From positions 1-34,510 of the forward strand of contig JAWAFI010000001.1 of assembly GCA_038890615.1 (NCBI GenBank): a stretch of DNA of 34,510 nucleotides, written 5' to 3'. Origin of the DNA: Candidatus Anstonellales archaeon. GTDB lineage: Archaea > Micrarchaeota > Micrarchaeia > Anstonellales > J096. Positions 8,292 through 16,876 of the stretch are shown piece after piece. The position numbers were made by a program, and so were the translations under genes. A model generated the notes under the pieces. It was not told the DNA's origin. It saw nothing but the letters and a program-made list of their open reading frames with translations, and ran no database searches. Each line of letters opens with the position of its first letter. Positions within the stretch are counted from its first letter, which is position 1.

Positions 8292-10964
8292 CTACTTTCT
8301 TTCTCCGTATATCCTTAAGAATGCTTCATAGGTTTCAAGCATTCTAGGACTTATAGATGACCTTCTGCTCTTTATTATATTCTCTATTAACTGCGTGCTT
8401 ACTTCCATCCTTTGCCCCCTCAGCTCAGATCTAAGGGCCAGCATCTTTGCCTCCTGCGCTACAGCAGCTATGTCAGCCCCGCTAAATCCATCTGTGATTT
8501 CAGCCAGCCTATCAAAGTCAATTTCTCCCTTTATTTTCTCCAGGTTTATCCTGAATATCTGCTCCCTTGTCTTTTTGTCAGGCGGGGGGACATACACCAC
8601 CTTGTCAAACCTTCCTGGCCTTAGCAAGGCAGGGTCAAGTATCTCTGGCCTGTTTGTTGCGCCCATTACCAGAACCCCTTTGCTCTCCCTTATGCCATCC
8701 ATCTCAACCAGCAACTGGCTAACCATATCAAGCCCACCACCGCTCCTCACAGAAGCAATAGTGTCAATCTCATCTATGAATATTATTGCAGGGTGTGCCT
8801 CTCTTGCCCTTGCAAATATGTCTTTTATTTGTGCTAGCCCGTTCACCATGCCTCTCTCAACAAGCTCTGCACCGCTGGTATAGTAAAAAGCAACATCCAT
8901 CTCGCTTGTTGCTGCTTTCACTATAAGTGTTTTTCCGCATCCAGGAGGCCCAAAGAGCAATATTCCTTTGTAGGGCTTAATTCCGTACTCTTTCATTTTC
9001 TCTTCGTGCAGAAGAGGCAACTCTATTGCCTCTCTTATGCTATTCTTGACCTCTTCCATGCCAGCTACATCCTCCCATCTAACCTTCTTTACCTTTTTCT
9101 CCTCAACCTTTCCAATTCTCCTCTCAAACTCCTTCCCAAACTGCTCGTACTTTTCAAGCATTGTAAGTGTTGCTGACGGCTTTACAAGGGCAATTATTTT
9201 GAGCAAGTCCTCTGTTGTTATAGGCATGTCTTTACCTGTCTTTATTGCTCTTTCAGCCACCTCTTTTTTTGCTTCATCAACAACGAACTTTATGTCTGCT
9301 CCTGAAAAGCGCGGCGTTTTGCTACCAAGCAGCTCGTAGTTTATGTCCCCAATCAAAAGCCCCCTTAAATGCACCTCAAATATTTTTGCCCTTTCTTCTG
9401 CATTTGGCAACCTCATGTAGATTATCCTGTCAAACCTTCCTGGCCTTGTCAATGCAGGGTCTAATATGTCAGGCCTGTTTGTGGCTGCAACTACCACTAC
9501 TGGCTTTCCGCTCTTCACAAAGCCATCCATCTCCTGCAGGAATGCATTAAGAACATTTGCCATGTATGCGCTTGTGCTGTCCCCACCAGACTCCCTCTTC
9601 CTTCCTATTGTATCTATCTCATCAAAGAATATTATGGTTGGTGCGCTCTTCCTTGCCTCTTCAAAAAGCTCTGCTATGTTTTTCTCTGTTTCACCAACAT
9701 ACTTGCTTATTAGCTCTGCTGTGTTTACCTGTATGAAATTGTATTTTAGCTCTGCTGCAAGCGCCCTCATAAGCATTGTCTTACCTGTCCCAGGAGGCCC
9801 AAACAGGAGCACCCCTGTAGGAGGCTTTATCCCATAAAGCTCTGCCTTCTGCTTGTATTCAAGAGGAGTCATTATTGCCTTCCTAAGCTCTTCCTTTACA
9901 TCTTCATAACCTCCTATGTCATCAAGGCCCTTTTCCTTTATGCTATACTTCTGTATTCCTAACTTGCCAAAACTTCGCATCCTGTCCTCTGCCCTTAGCT
10001 CTCTTTCCCTAGATATGCTTACCCCAAAGTAGTTTAGAGCAAGGAGTATTAAGAATGGAACAACAGCATAGCCGAAAAGAAGGAAATTGAAGGAAGGGAT
10101 AAGCTTTGCCGCCCATAGCCCTGCATAAAGGAGAGGAATTGCCAAAAGCGCTAAGCTGGCAGTTGCCTCGCCAAATTTTTTTACATAAGTCGGAACTATC
10201 GCAATTGCAAACAGCACTGCTATCCATAGCGCTAGATGGAAAATGCCTATGTCCTTTATGAAGAAATTGACAATGTTTCCTGCCATGACCCCTATTGCAT
10301 TGTTCAGTTCAATTGCCCCTTGCAGTGAGAACTGCGCCCCTATCCTTCCTGTTACTTCACCCATTTTCTGTATATCTGGCGCTTTTCCAAATTGCAAAGC
10401 CCCTGAGTGCGTATAAGCATTAGGGTTAAAAGGTATGAGAAGATTGTTCTCAAGCTGCCACATACCTGAAAGCAGGATTATGAGAAAAACAGAAGGGGCA
10501 GCAATCAAGGCTGCCTTCTTTGAGCCGAAGTAAAGGGCACTGCCTGCAATAACCAGATAAGTCAACGGTGCAAGGAGTGAGAATGGAAACTGGGCAAATG
10601 CTGAGCAAATTATCATTGTCAGGACAATTATTATGTCCCAATGTGTAGAATACTTGAAAAATACCAAAGAGAGGGCAAGCAGGTAAATCCAACCCCATCC
10701 GCTGCTCTGGTAGATGAATGAAGGAGCTGCCAGTATGTACAAGGCAAGTGTTGCAATGAGAGCATTTTTGACTGCCAAAGCACCTACTACCAGCGCAAGG
10801 GCAACAACCAATATTAAGTGGTAATATGGCACTGCAGAATAAAGGAAAAGACCAGCAAGGAAAAACATAAAGAAAACGCCAAGCCATTCGCTTTTCTGAA
10901 CTGTTTTTATATAACTCCCTACTAACTGCCTCTGCATCTCAACCTGGGTTGTTGCATTGCCCAT
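8292..10964 (-). CDS. Membrane-anchored tandem AAA+ ATPase (CDC48/VAT-like D1-D2 fused to an N-terminal polytopic membrane domain)
   Basis: Two Walker A (GPPGTGKT, GPPGCGKT), two Walker B (IIFFDEID, IIFIDEID) and two SRH (TNRP..LDPAL.RPGRFD) motifs. The first ~315 aa are a series of hydrophobic helices. Confidence 0.9.
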   Translation of the reverse strand: MGNATTQVEMQRQLVGSYIKTVQKSEWLGVFFMFFLAGLFLYSAVPYYHLILVVALALVVGALAVKNALIATLALYILAAPSFIYQSSGWGWIYLLALSLVFFKYSTHWDIIIVLTMIICSAFAQFPFSLLAPLTYLVIAGSALYFGSKKAALIAAPSVFLIILLSGMWQLENNLLIPFNPNAYTHSGALQFGKAPDIQKMGEVTGRIGAQFSLQGAIELNNAIGVMAGNIVNFFIKDIGIFHLALWIAVLFAIAIVPTYVKKFGEATASLALLAIPLLYAGLWAAKLIPSFNFLLFGYAVVPFLILLALNYFGVSISRERELRAEDRMRSFGKLGIQKYSIKEKGLDDIGGYEDVKEELRKAIMTPLEYKQKAELYGIKPPTGVLLFGPPGTGKTMLMRALAAELKYNFIQVNTAELISKYVGETEKNIAELFEEARKSAPTIIFFDEIDTIGRKRESGGDSTSAYMANVLNAFLQEMDGFVKSGKPVVVVAATNRPDILDPALTRPGRFDRIIYMRLPNAEERAKIFEVHLRGLLIGDINYELLGSKTPRFSGADIKFVVDEAKKEVAERAIKTGKDMPITTEDLLKIIALVKPSATLTMLEKYEQFGKEFERRIGKVEEKKVKKVRWEDVAGMEEVKNSIREAIELPLLHEEKMKEYGIKPYKGILLFGPPGCGKTLIVKAATSEMDVAFYYTSGAELVERGMVNGLAQIKDIFARAREAHPAIIFIDEIDTIASVRSGGGLDMVSQLLVEMDGIRESKGVLVMGATNRPEILDPALLRPGRFDKVVYVPPPDKKTREQIFRINLEKIKGEIDFDRLAEITDGFSGADIAAVAQEAKMLALRSELRGQRMEVSTQLIENIIKSRRSSISPRMLETYEAFLRIYGERK

Positions 10965-10972
10965 ATTAACCT

Positions 10973-12082
10973 CTATTTACTATTTAACAAATCCAATGTT
11001 TTAATAAGTGTTTCCTCTGGTGCCAGCAACACTATCCTCATGCCTGGCTTCTTTTCACCAAAGCCGCTGTTTGGAACCCCTAGTATCCCGTGCTTTACTG
11101 CAAAGTCAAGGGTTTCTTTCTTGTCGTCCTTCCAATTGTCCACAAATAGCAAGGTATAGAAAGCACCTTGTGGGTTAGTCCATCCAATCTTTCCAAGGTT
11201 TTCGCCAACTGCCTTTGCCCTTTTCCTTATTTCTTTTGTAAACTCATAAGCATGCTTTTTCTCAACCTTTAATGCCTTTGCCGCCCCTTTTTGCATCTCC
11301 CAGTTTATGCTCAACCTGCTGTTTGATATTCTCCTTATTGCATCCCTTATCCCATCCATCTCTGGGCCTTTCACTACTATCCATCCTACTCTTGCGCCAG
11401 GGTAAGTCAAGTTCTTTGAAACGCTTGAGCCGTAGATGTAATTTTCAGCCCCTGCTTTATGAAAATCAGGCCTTTCCCCAAAGCATATCCTGTCATATGC
11501 CCCATCGTAGAATATCACGCACCTATTTTCTTCTGCAATCCTTGCCATTTCCTTAAGCTGCTTTTGAGGGTAGACTTTCCCGCTTGGGTTGTTTGGGTTT
11601 ATTACCACACACATCTTTGAACCCTTCACTGCCTTCTCAAAGCTTCTTAGGTTTACCCCATATTCATTCTCCTCGTAAAATTTTACCTTTGCCCCTTTGG
11701 TTTCTGCTTTCGTTATGTAAAGAGGGTAGGTCGGCCTTGGCAGGGCTATGCCATCCCCTGGGTTAAGTATCGCGTCATAAGCAATAGAAATCCCTTCACT
11801 GAGACCCTGGGTTATAGTGACATCATCGGCTTCTGCCCTTTCCCTTCTTGCTACTGCTTCTACGAGCTCTTCATCCCCTTTTGAGGGGGCGTATCCTTTG
11901 TAGTTTTCTTTAATTGCTTCAACAATGCCTTCCATAAACTCTTTCGGAGGGGAAAAGCCAAATTTTGTAGGGTCTCCTATGTTTAACCAAGCAACCATTC
12001 CTTTGCGCCTTTTTCTCAATTCATCTACTATATCTCTTATCTCATATTTTACTTTTTTGCTCATTCTGCTTGGTGTAATCAT
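10973..12082 (-). CDS. PLP-dependent aminotransferase class I/II (AlaA/AspC-like)
   Basis: LNIGDP, INPNNPSG, DxxY and SVSKNLTYPGARVGW with the PLP lysine. Confidence 0.9.
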   Translation of the reverse strand: MITPSRMSKKVKYEIRDIVDELRKRRKGMVAWLNIGDPTKFGFSPPKEFMEGIVEAIKENYKGYAPSKGDEELVEAVARRERAEADDVTITQGLSEGISIAYDAILNPGDGIALPRPTYPLYITKAETKGAKVKFYEENEYGVNLRSFEKAVKGSKMCVVINPNNPSGKVYPQKQLKEMARIAEENRCVIFYDGAYDRICFGERPDFHKAGAENYIYGSSVSKNLTYPGARVGWIVVKGPEMDGIRDAIRRISNSRLSINWEMQKGAAKALKVEKKHAYEFTKEIRKRAKAVGENLGKIGWTNPQGAFYTLLFVDNWKDDKKETLDFAVKHGILGVPNSGFGEKKPGMRIVLLAPEETLIKTLDLLNSK

Positions 12083-12105
12083 GCTCTTCTTTATCTAATG
12101 GTTTT

Positions 12106-12750
12106 TTAATACTTAATCAAAAGCCTCTCAACCAGCCCTCCAGCTATTTTATTGCAATTATTTAATGCCATCTTCAGAGCAACTTTCATTAATTTTTCCT
12201 CCTTTTTATTCAGCCCTTCCTCTTTCTCCATTTTCCTTAATACTCTTTTTATACGTTTCATATAATTATCTAACATTTTCTTTATCTCTTCATTTCCTGC
12301 CAAATCATAAGCACTCTCTCCATCATTATTTACAATAAAAGGATCAGCCCCTGCCTTCAGAAGCATCTCAACAACCTCCTCATGCCTATTCTCAGCAGCA
12401 TACATCAGCGCAGTCTCTCCATCATTATCCTTCACATTCACATCCGCCCCTTCTAAAACCAGCTTTACAACCCTTTCTAAAGAAATCTTCTCCTTTTCCT
12501 TTTTGCATTCATTAATCAATTTCTTCCCAAGCCTTTCAGCCCTACTATTATCTTCCCCTTTCCTTTCCCTGTTAATCCTCTTAAGCTCCTCAAAAGCCTC
12601 CTTATCCTCCTTCCCGCTCCTAACAGCCTCCAAAACCCTCTTAATAACAACATCCTCCCCCATCCTTTCCTCCTTTAAACCACTCCTCTCAATTCCTTTA
12701 GAAGAGCCCTTCTTTTCCTTCCCTTTCTTATCCTCTTTTTCAATTGCCAC
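12106..12750 (-). CDS. Ankyrin-repeat family protein (member C)
   Basis: GADVNVKDNDGETALMYAA...GADPF, the shared leader and N-module and C-terminal CNKIAGGL. GTG start. Confidence 0.9.
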   Translation of the reverse strand: MAIEKEDKKGKEKKGSSKGIERSGLKEERMGEDVVIKRVLEAVRSGKEDKEAFEELKRINRERKGEDNSRAERLGKKLINECKKEKEKISLERVVKLVLEGADVNVKDNDGETALMYAAENRHEEVVEMLLKAGADPFIVNNDGESAYDLAGNEEIKKMLDNYMKRIKRVLRKMEKEEGLNKKEEKLMKVALKMALNNCNKIAGGLVERLLIKY

Positions 12751-12789
12751 AATATTCTTCTCTACCCTTCCTTTTTAACCCTTGCTCAC

Positions 12790-13713
12790 TCAGCCTAGCA
12801 TCTTCTTAGCAATTATCCCAGCAGCTCTCTTATCACAACCTTCTAAAGCATACTCTAAAACCCTCCTTCTCATTTTCTCATTGCTTACTTCTTCTCCTTT
12901 TTCTATTTTCTTAAACATATATACCCTTATAATCTCTTTTATCTCTTCATTTCTTGCCAAATCATAAGCACTCTTTCCATCATTATCTACAATAAAAGGA
13001 TCAGCCCCTGCTTTAGCCAGAACCTCCACAACCTTCTTATGCCCATTCTCAGCAGCCCTCATCAGCGCCGTCCATCTAAAATAATTATAATTATCCTGCA
13101 AATCCAAATTAGCACCTGCCTTTATCAGCATCTTAACAACACCCTCATTCCCATTGTCAGCAGCCCTCATCAGCGCAGTCTCTCCATAATTATTCTGCAA
13201 ATCCAAATTAGCACCTGCCTTTATCAGCATCTTAACAACACCCTCATTCCCTTCAAAAGCAGCCCACACCAGCGCCGTCCATCCACCATTACCCTGCAAA
13301 TCCAAATTAGCACCTGCCTTTATCAGCATCTTAACAAACTCCTCATGCCCCCTCCAAGCAGCCCTCATCAGCGCCGTCCATCCACCATTACCCTGCAAAT
13401 CCAAATTAGCACCTTCCAAAATAAGCTTTACAACCCTTTCAACTGAAACTGTTTTCTCTTTTTCACACTCTTTTATCAGCTCTTTTCCAATCATATTGCT
13501 CCTTCCCTCTCCAATCTCTTCCCTCTTCTCCTTGTTAATCCTCCTAAGCTCCTCAAAAGCCTCTTCATCTTCTTTCCTACTCCTAACAGCCTCCAAAACC
13601 CTCTTAATAACAACATCCTCCCCCATCCTTTCCTCCTTTAAACCACTCCTCTCAATTCCTTTAGAAGAGCCCTTCTTTTCCTTCCCTTTCTTATCCTCTT
13701 TTTCAATTGCCAT
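12790..13713 (-). CDS. Ankyrin-repeat family protein (member D, four near-identical repeats)
   Basis: Four GANLDLQ...TAL..AA..G....VK.L units, the same leader as member C and C-terminal CDKRAAGII. Confidence 0.92.
   Translation of the reverse strand: MAIEKEDKKGKEKKGSSKGIERSGLKEERMGEDVVIKRVLEAVRSRKEDEEAFEELRRINKEKREEIGEGRSNMIGKELIKECEKEKTVSVERVVKLILEGANLDLQGNGGWTALMRAAWRGHEEFVKMLIKAGANLDLQGNGGWTALVWAAFEGNEGVVKMLIKAGANLDLQNNYGETALMRAADNGNEGVVKMLIKAGANLDLQDNYNYFRWTALMRAAENGHKKVVEVLAKAGADPFIVDNDGKSAYDLARNEEIKEIIRVYMFKKIEKGEEVSNEKMRRRVLEYALEGCDKRAAGIIAKKMLG
13030..13415 (-). repeat. 99-bp tandem ankyrin-coding repeats
   Basis: ctgcaaatccaaattagcacc recurs at 13096, 13195, 13294 and 13393. Confidence 0.95.
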
Positions 13714-13762
13714 AATATTCTTCTCTACCCTTTCTTTTTAATCCTTGCTCACTTAGCCTAGC
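13714..13762 (-). repeat. Ankyrin cassette spacer (gene end, stop, TATA-like box); other copies at 12751-12799 and 7344-7393
   Basis: Minus-strand consensus GCTAG(G/T)CT(A/G)AGTGAGCAAGG(G/A)TTAAAA...GGGTAG...ATATT(G/A)TGGCAATTG occurs three times. Confidence 0.88.
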
Positions 13763-13976
13763 TTAAAATGAAAAGAATGAATTCATGCGCAGAAAGCATT
13801 GGTAGCGAGGAGAAGAGGGCAAAGCCAAGCAGGAAAAGGATTGCGCCCAATAGCTGGCTCCATAGGAGAACAGGGAAAGGCCCAATAGAGCAGATAGCCC
13901 TTGCTGCTATGAAATCAGCAGTGCCCCAGCTGAGCATTGAAGCAGCCCCAAAAAGGACTCCTGCAGGAATGTCCAT
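13758..13976 (-). pseudogene. Truncated EamA/DMT-family transporter
   Basis: MDIPAGVLFGAASMLSWGTADF...IGPFPVLLWSQLLG matches the first helices of EamA. It stops after about 72 aa exactly where the ankyrin spacer begins, whereas full EamA proteins have about 10 TM. Confidence 0.7.
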
Positions 13977-14029
13977 TTGTGATAGCGAAAGGAGCAATAA
14001 TTTAAACATTTCTTTTCTAAAAAAAAGAT

Positions 14030-14578
14030 ATGGAAAGCTTTGTGCCTGAAAAGGTCTTCTTTGTCAAGGGAGTAGGGGTACACAAAGACAGGCTCGCTTC
14101 TTTTGAGCTGGCCCTAAGGGATGCAGGAATAGAGAAATTCAACCTAGTGTATGTGTCTAGCATATTCCCGCCTAAGTGCAAGATAATACCGAAGTCAGAA
14201 GGGCTGAAGCACCTGCGGCCAGGGCAGATAATATACTGCGTGATGGCAAGGAATGAAACGAATGAGCCAAACAGGCTCATATCAGCAGCAGTAGGGCTTG
14301 CAATACCAAAGAACAAAAGCTTCTACGGATACCTTTCAGAACACCATGCATACGGCCAAAAGGGGGAAAGCGCAGGGGAATATGCAGAGGACTTGGCTGC
14401 AACTATGCTTGCCTCTACATTGGGAATTCCATTTGACCCAAACAAGGCTTGGGACGAAAGGAAGCAGGAGTACAAGGCTAGCGGCCATATATTCAAGACA
14501 ACGCATGTCTGCCAATCAAGTGAGGGCAACAAGGACGGGCTTTGGACAAGTGTTGTATCAGCAGCAGTTTTCCTTTGA
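14030..14578 (+). CDS. pdaD: Pyruvoyl-dependent arginine decarboxylase
   Basis: [25 protein letters not shown] (Ser-Ser autocleavage site), YGYLSEHH and [14 protein letters not shown]. Confidence 0.92.
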   Translation: MESFVPEKVFFVKGVGVHKDRLASFELALRDAGIEKFNLVYVSSIFPPKCKIIPKSEGLKHLRPGQIIYCVMARNETNEPNRLISAAVGLAIPKNKSFYGYLSEHHAYGQKGESAGEYAEDLAATMLASTLGIPFDPNKAWDERKQEYKASGHIFKTTHVCQSSEGNKDGLWTSVVSAAVFL

Positions 14579-16147
14579 CTAACTCACCCTCTTGTATATT
14601 TTCTCTCCGGGCTTTATCGCGTTTGCGCTTGAGCCAAAGATAAAGATATCTCCATCTATCTTGCCCTTGAGCTCATAGAAAGAGTCGCCAGGCCTTACAA
14701 CACCAGCCTCTTCCCACCTGCCCTTTAATTTTATTATCAGCATTTCACCCTCCTCTATCTGGGTTAGCTTCTTGTTGTTCCAGCGCAATATATCATTGAT
14801 ACTAACCCCATAATTCAAAGCAATGCTGTATAAAGTATGGCCTCTTTTTACACGGTGGCTTATGTAAGTTGTGTCCTGCGAAGCATCGTAATGGACAAAT
14901 CCTTTTCCAATAACTCCTGTATTATCTCTCTGAGGCGTTATTTCTTTATCTTTCTTAGGAATTATGGGATCCTTGACGCTATGCTTAGGCATCTTTTGTT
15001 CAGTAAGCTTTTTAGAAGGGATTATCAGGTTAAGAACACCTGTTTTGGAGGCAGCTTCTATCTGATGGCTATTTAAAGAAATTAAATAGGCAAGGTCAAG
15101 CCCCCTACGCTTTGCCTCCTTTTCCAGCTCATTGTAGGCATCCTTTTTGAAATCAAAATACTGTGGAATTATAAGCACATCTCCTTCCTTAAGTTTCCTT
15201 GAAGAATATTTTGAGAAGCCATTAAGGGCCATCAAATCATCCATGTCAACATTGTGCTTCCTTGCTATGGAATAGAAATTATCACCTTTCTTGACCCTAT
15301 ATGTCCTGTGCTGCCTCTTTATGGTAATAATAGAGAAATCAGCTGGCTGGCGCGAGAAAAAATCGCTGTAAGCATGCATGCTATTTTTCTTGAAAAAATT
15401 TTCATCTGAAAGAGCCATTATAGTGCCCAAAAACTTTGGGGGGTAATAAGTGTTCTCTATGAAAGAAGAAGTTTTGCAGCCACCCTTGGCTTTTTTCAGT
15501 ATGTAATTAGCAAAAAAATCTTTGTATACTTTGGCACCCTCAATCCTCCCTTCACCACCATTGTAGACAACTGTAGCAAGAAGCGGGTCGGTGCCAAACC
15601 TTGAGAGCAGATAGCTGAAATAAGCGCCTGCTGCCTCTGCACCAATTATAGGGTCAAACCTGTACTTTGGATCCTTGAACCCTGCCCTTGCGAAATCATC
15701 CCAAGTTTCAGGAAGGAATTGGAATAAGCCAGCAGCACCTCTGCTGGAAACTGAGAATTTCCTTCCATCTGACTCAGGTATGAATATGAAAACAAGGTCA
15801 AGCACATTGAAGCCATATGCTGCTATTTTTAGAACCTCATCAATGGTGCTATCACTTACGCCCTGCTTCCTTGCCTGCTCCCTGAAGCCCTTTTCAAAAG
15901 CGACCTTTAGATAAGGCATCAATAAATAAAAATCCTTGATTATGCCTTTTAAGTTGTAGCTTTCATTTTCCATATAAGAGGCCCAATATGAGCCTGCCTT
16001 AACTAAGAAATCCTCCCAGCTCCTTGAGGATTTTATAAGCTCGATAAGCTTTTTGTAGTCGTATTTTTGGAATGGCTCATCTATATTTTTTTTGCCTTTC
16101 CCTACTATGTCAAACTTAGAAAGAGAGGCTAATTCACTGCTTTTCAT
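14579..16147 (-). CDS. Lytic transglycosylase (SLT/MltD-like) with LysM domains
   Basis: Catalytic ES (IPESDG), SSRGAAGLFQFLPETW and YNGGEG. LysM repeats YRVKKGDNFYSIARKH and HRVKRGHTLYSIALNYGV, plus a degenerate VVRPGDS repeat. Confidence 0.88.
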   Translation of the reverse strand: MKSSELASLSKFDIVGKGKKNIDEPFQKYDYKKLIELIKSSRSWEDFLVKAGSYWASYMENESYNLKGIIKDFYLLMPYLKVAFEKGFREQARKQGVSDSTIDEVLKIAAYGFNVLDLVFIFIPESDGRKFSVSSRGAAGLFQFLPETWDDFARAGFKDPKYRFDPIIGAEAAGAYFSYLLSRFGTDPLLATVVYNGGEGRIEGAKVYKDFFANYILKKAKGGCKTSSFIENTYYPPKFLGTIMALSDENFFKKNSMHAYSDFFSRQPADFSIITIKRQHRTYRVKKGDNFYSIARKHNVDMDDLMALNGFSKYSSRKLKEGDVLIIPQYFDFKKDAYNELEKEAKRRGLDLAYLISLNSHQIEAASKTGVLNLIIPSKKLTEQKMPKHSVKDPIIPKKDKEITPQRDNTGVIGKGFVHYDASQDTTYISHRVKRGHTLYSIALNYGVSINDILRWNNKKLTQIEEGEMLIIKLKGRWEEAGVVRPGDSFYELKGKIDGDIFIFGSSANAIKPGEKIYKRVS

Positions 16148-16180
16148 AAATAGTCATGTGCAGAACTATTTAAAAACAAT

Positions 16181-16714
16181 TCACTCGTAGGCCTCAAAAG
16201 AGAGGTCGTTGAAGGAATACAATGGCCCTTCCTGCACTAGCACCTGCCTTGCATCCTCTGAGCGGAGCACGCTCCATGTGTCTGGGCTAACAAGGAACTC
16301 TTCAGGGGAGGTTATGTAAACAAAGATTGAGTTCTTTTTGGTTACATATATGCGCGCCTCGCATCCGTTGCTCCTTAAGAAAGAAAGGAAGAATATTGCC
16401 TTATCCATAACATCTGCGCCTTTGACTTCAATTATGTCAGGGAAATCAAGCCAGAACGAAACTGGGGGGTGGATGGTGCGGAACTTTGAAAAATAAGGTA
16501 TGCCCAAGGAGATTGCCTTTTCGCAGCTTCCCCCAACCTCAAGCTCGGAGTTTATGGAGGCGATTACAGGATGGAAAGGCCTAACAAGGCTTCTCAGCTC
16601 AGCAACGCTCTTCTTTTCCTTCTCCTCAATAACATCCCTGTAGCGGTTCATTATCTTGCTGAGGAATCTGTGCAGCATCTCCTCCTTCTCTGTTTCGCTT
16701 CTCTCATTGTCCAT
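16181..16714 (-). CDS. Transglutaminase-like fold protein, apparently catalytically degenerate
   Basis: FW..PDII..KGADVMDKAIFFLSFLRSNG resembles the W..P.E....GDCxDxAxL..SLLR..G motif, with the Cys replaced. Confidence 0.55.
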   Translation of the reverse strand: MDNERSETEKEEMLHRFLSKIMNRYRDVIEEKEKKSVAELRSLVRPFHPVIASINSELEVGGSCEKAISLGIPYFSKFRTIHPPVSFWLDFPDIIEVKGADVMDKAIFFLSFLRSNGCEARIYVTKKNSIFVYITSPEEFLVSPDTWSVLRSEDARQVLVQEGPLYSFNDLSFEAYE

Positions 16715-16826
16715 GGGTAAAATACAGGGAAGGGGTTTAAAAACATTGGGGAAAATGGGATAAAGGCGGAATAGGCCATATTTGCGCTCTTACTGCTCGG
16801 CTGAGATAGGGCAAGGCGGAGGAAGG

Positions 16827-16836
16827 TTTATAAATA
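16827..16836 (+). promoter_or_regulatory. TATA box of the ribosomal protein operon
   Basis: TTTATAAATA preceded by purine-rich GGAAGG (BRE-like), about 40 nt upstream of uL3. Confidence 0.65.
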
Positions 16837-16876
16837 TAACTAAATAAAAAACTTAACTTGTAATTGGTGCTTATAT

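Noticed and set aside
13030..13415. CRISPR array
   Set aside because: The 99-bp units are in-frame ankyrin coding repeats without unique spacers, and there are no cas genes.
16745..16825. Possible ncRNA upstream of uL3
   Set aside because: It is GC-richer than its flanks, but I found no convincing stem, C/D boxes or tRNA features.
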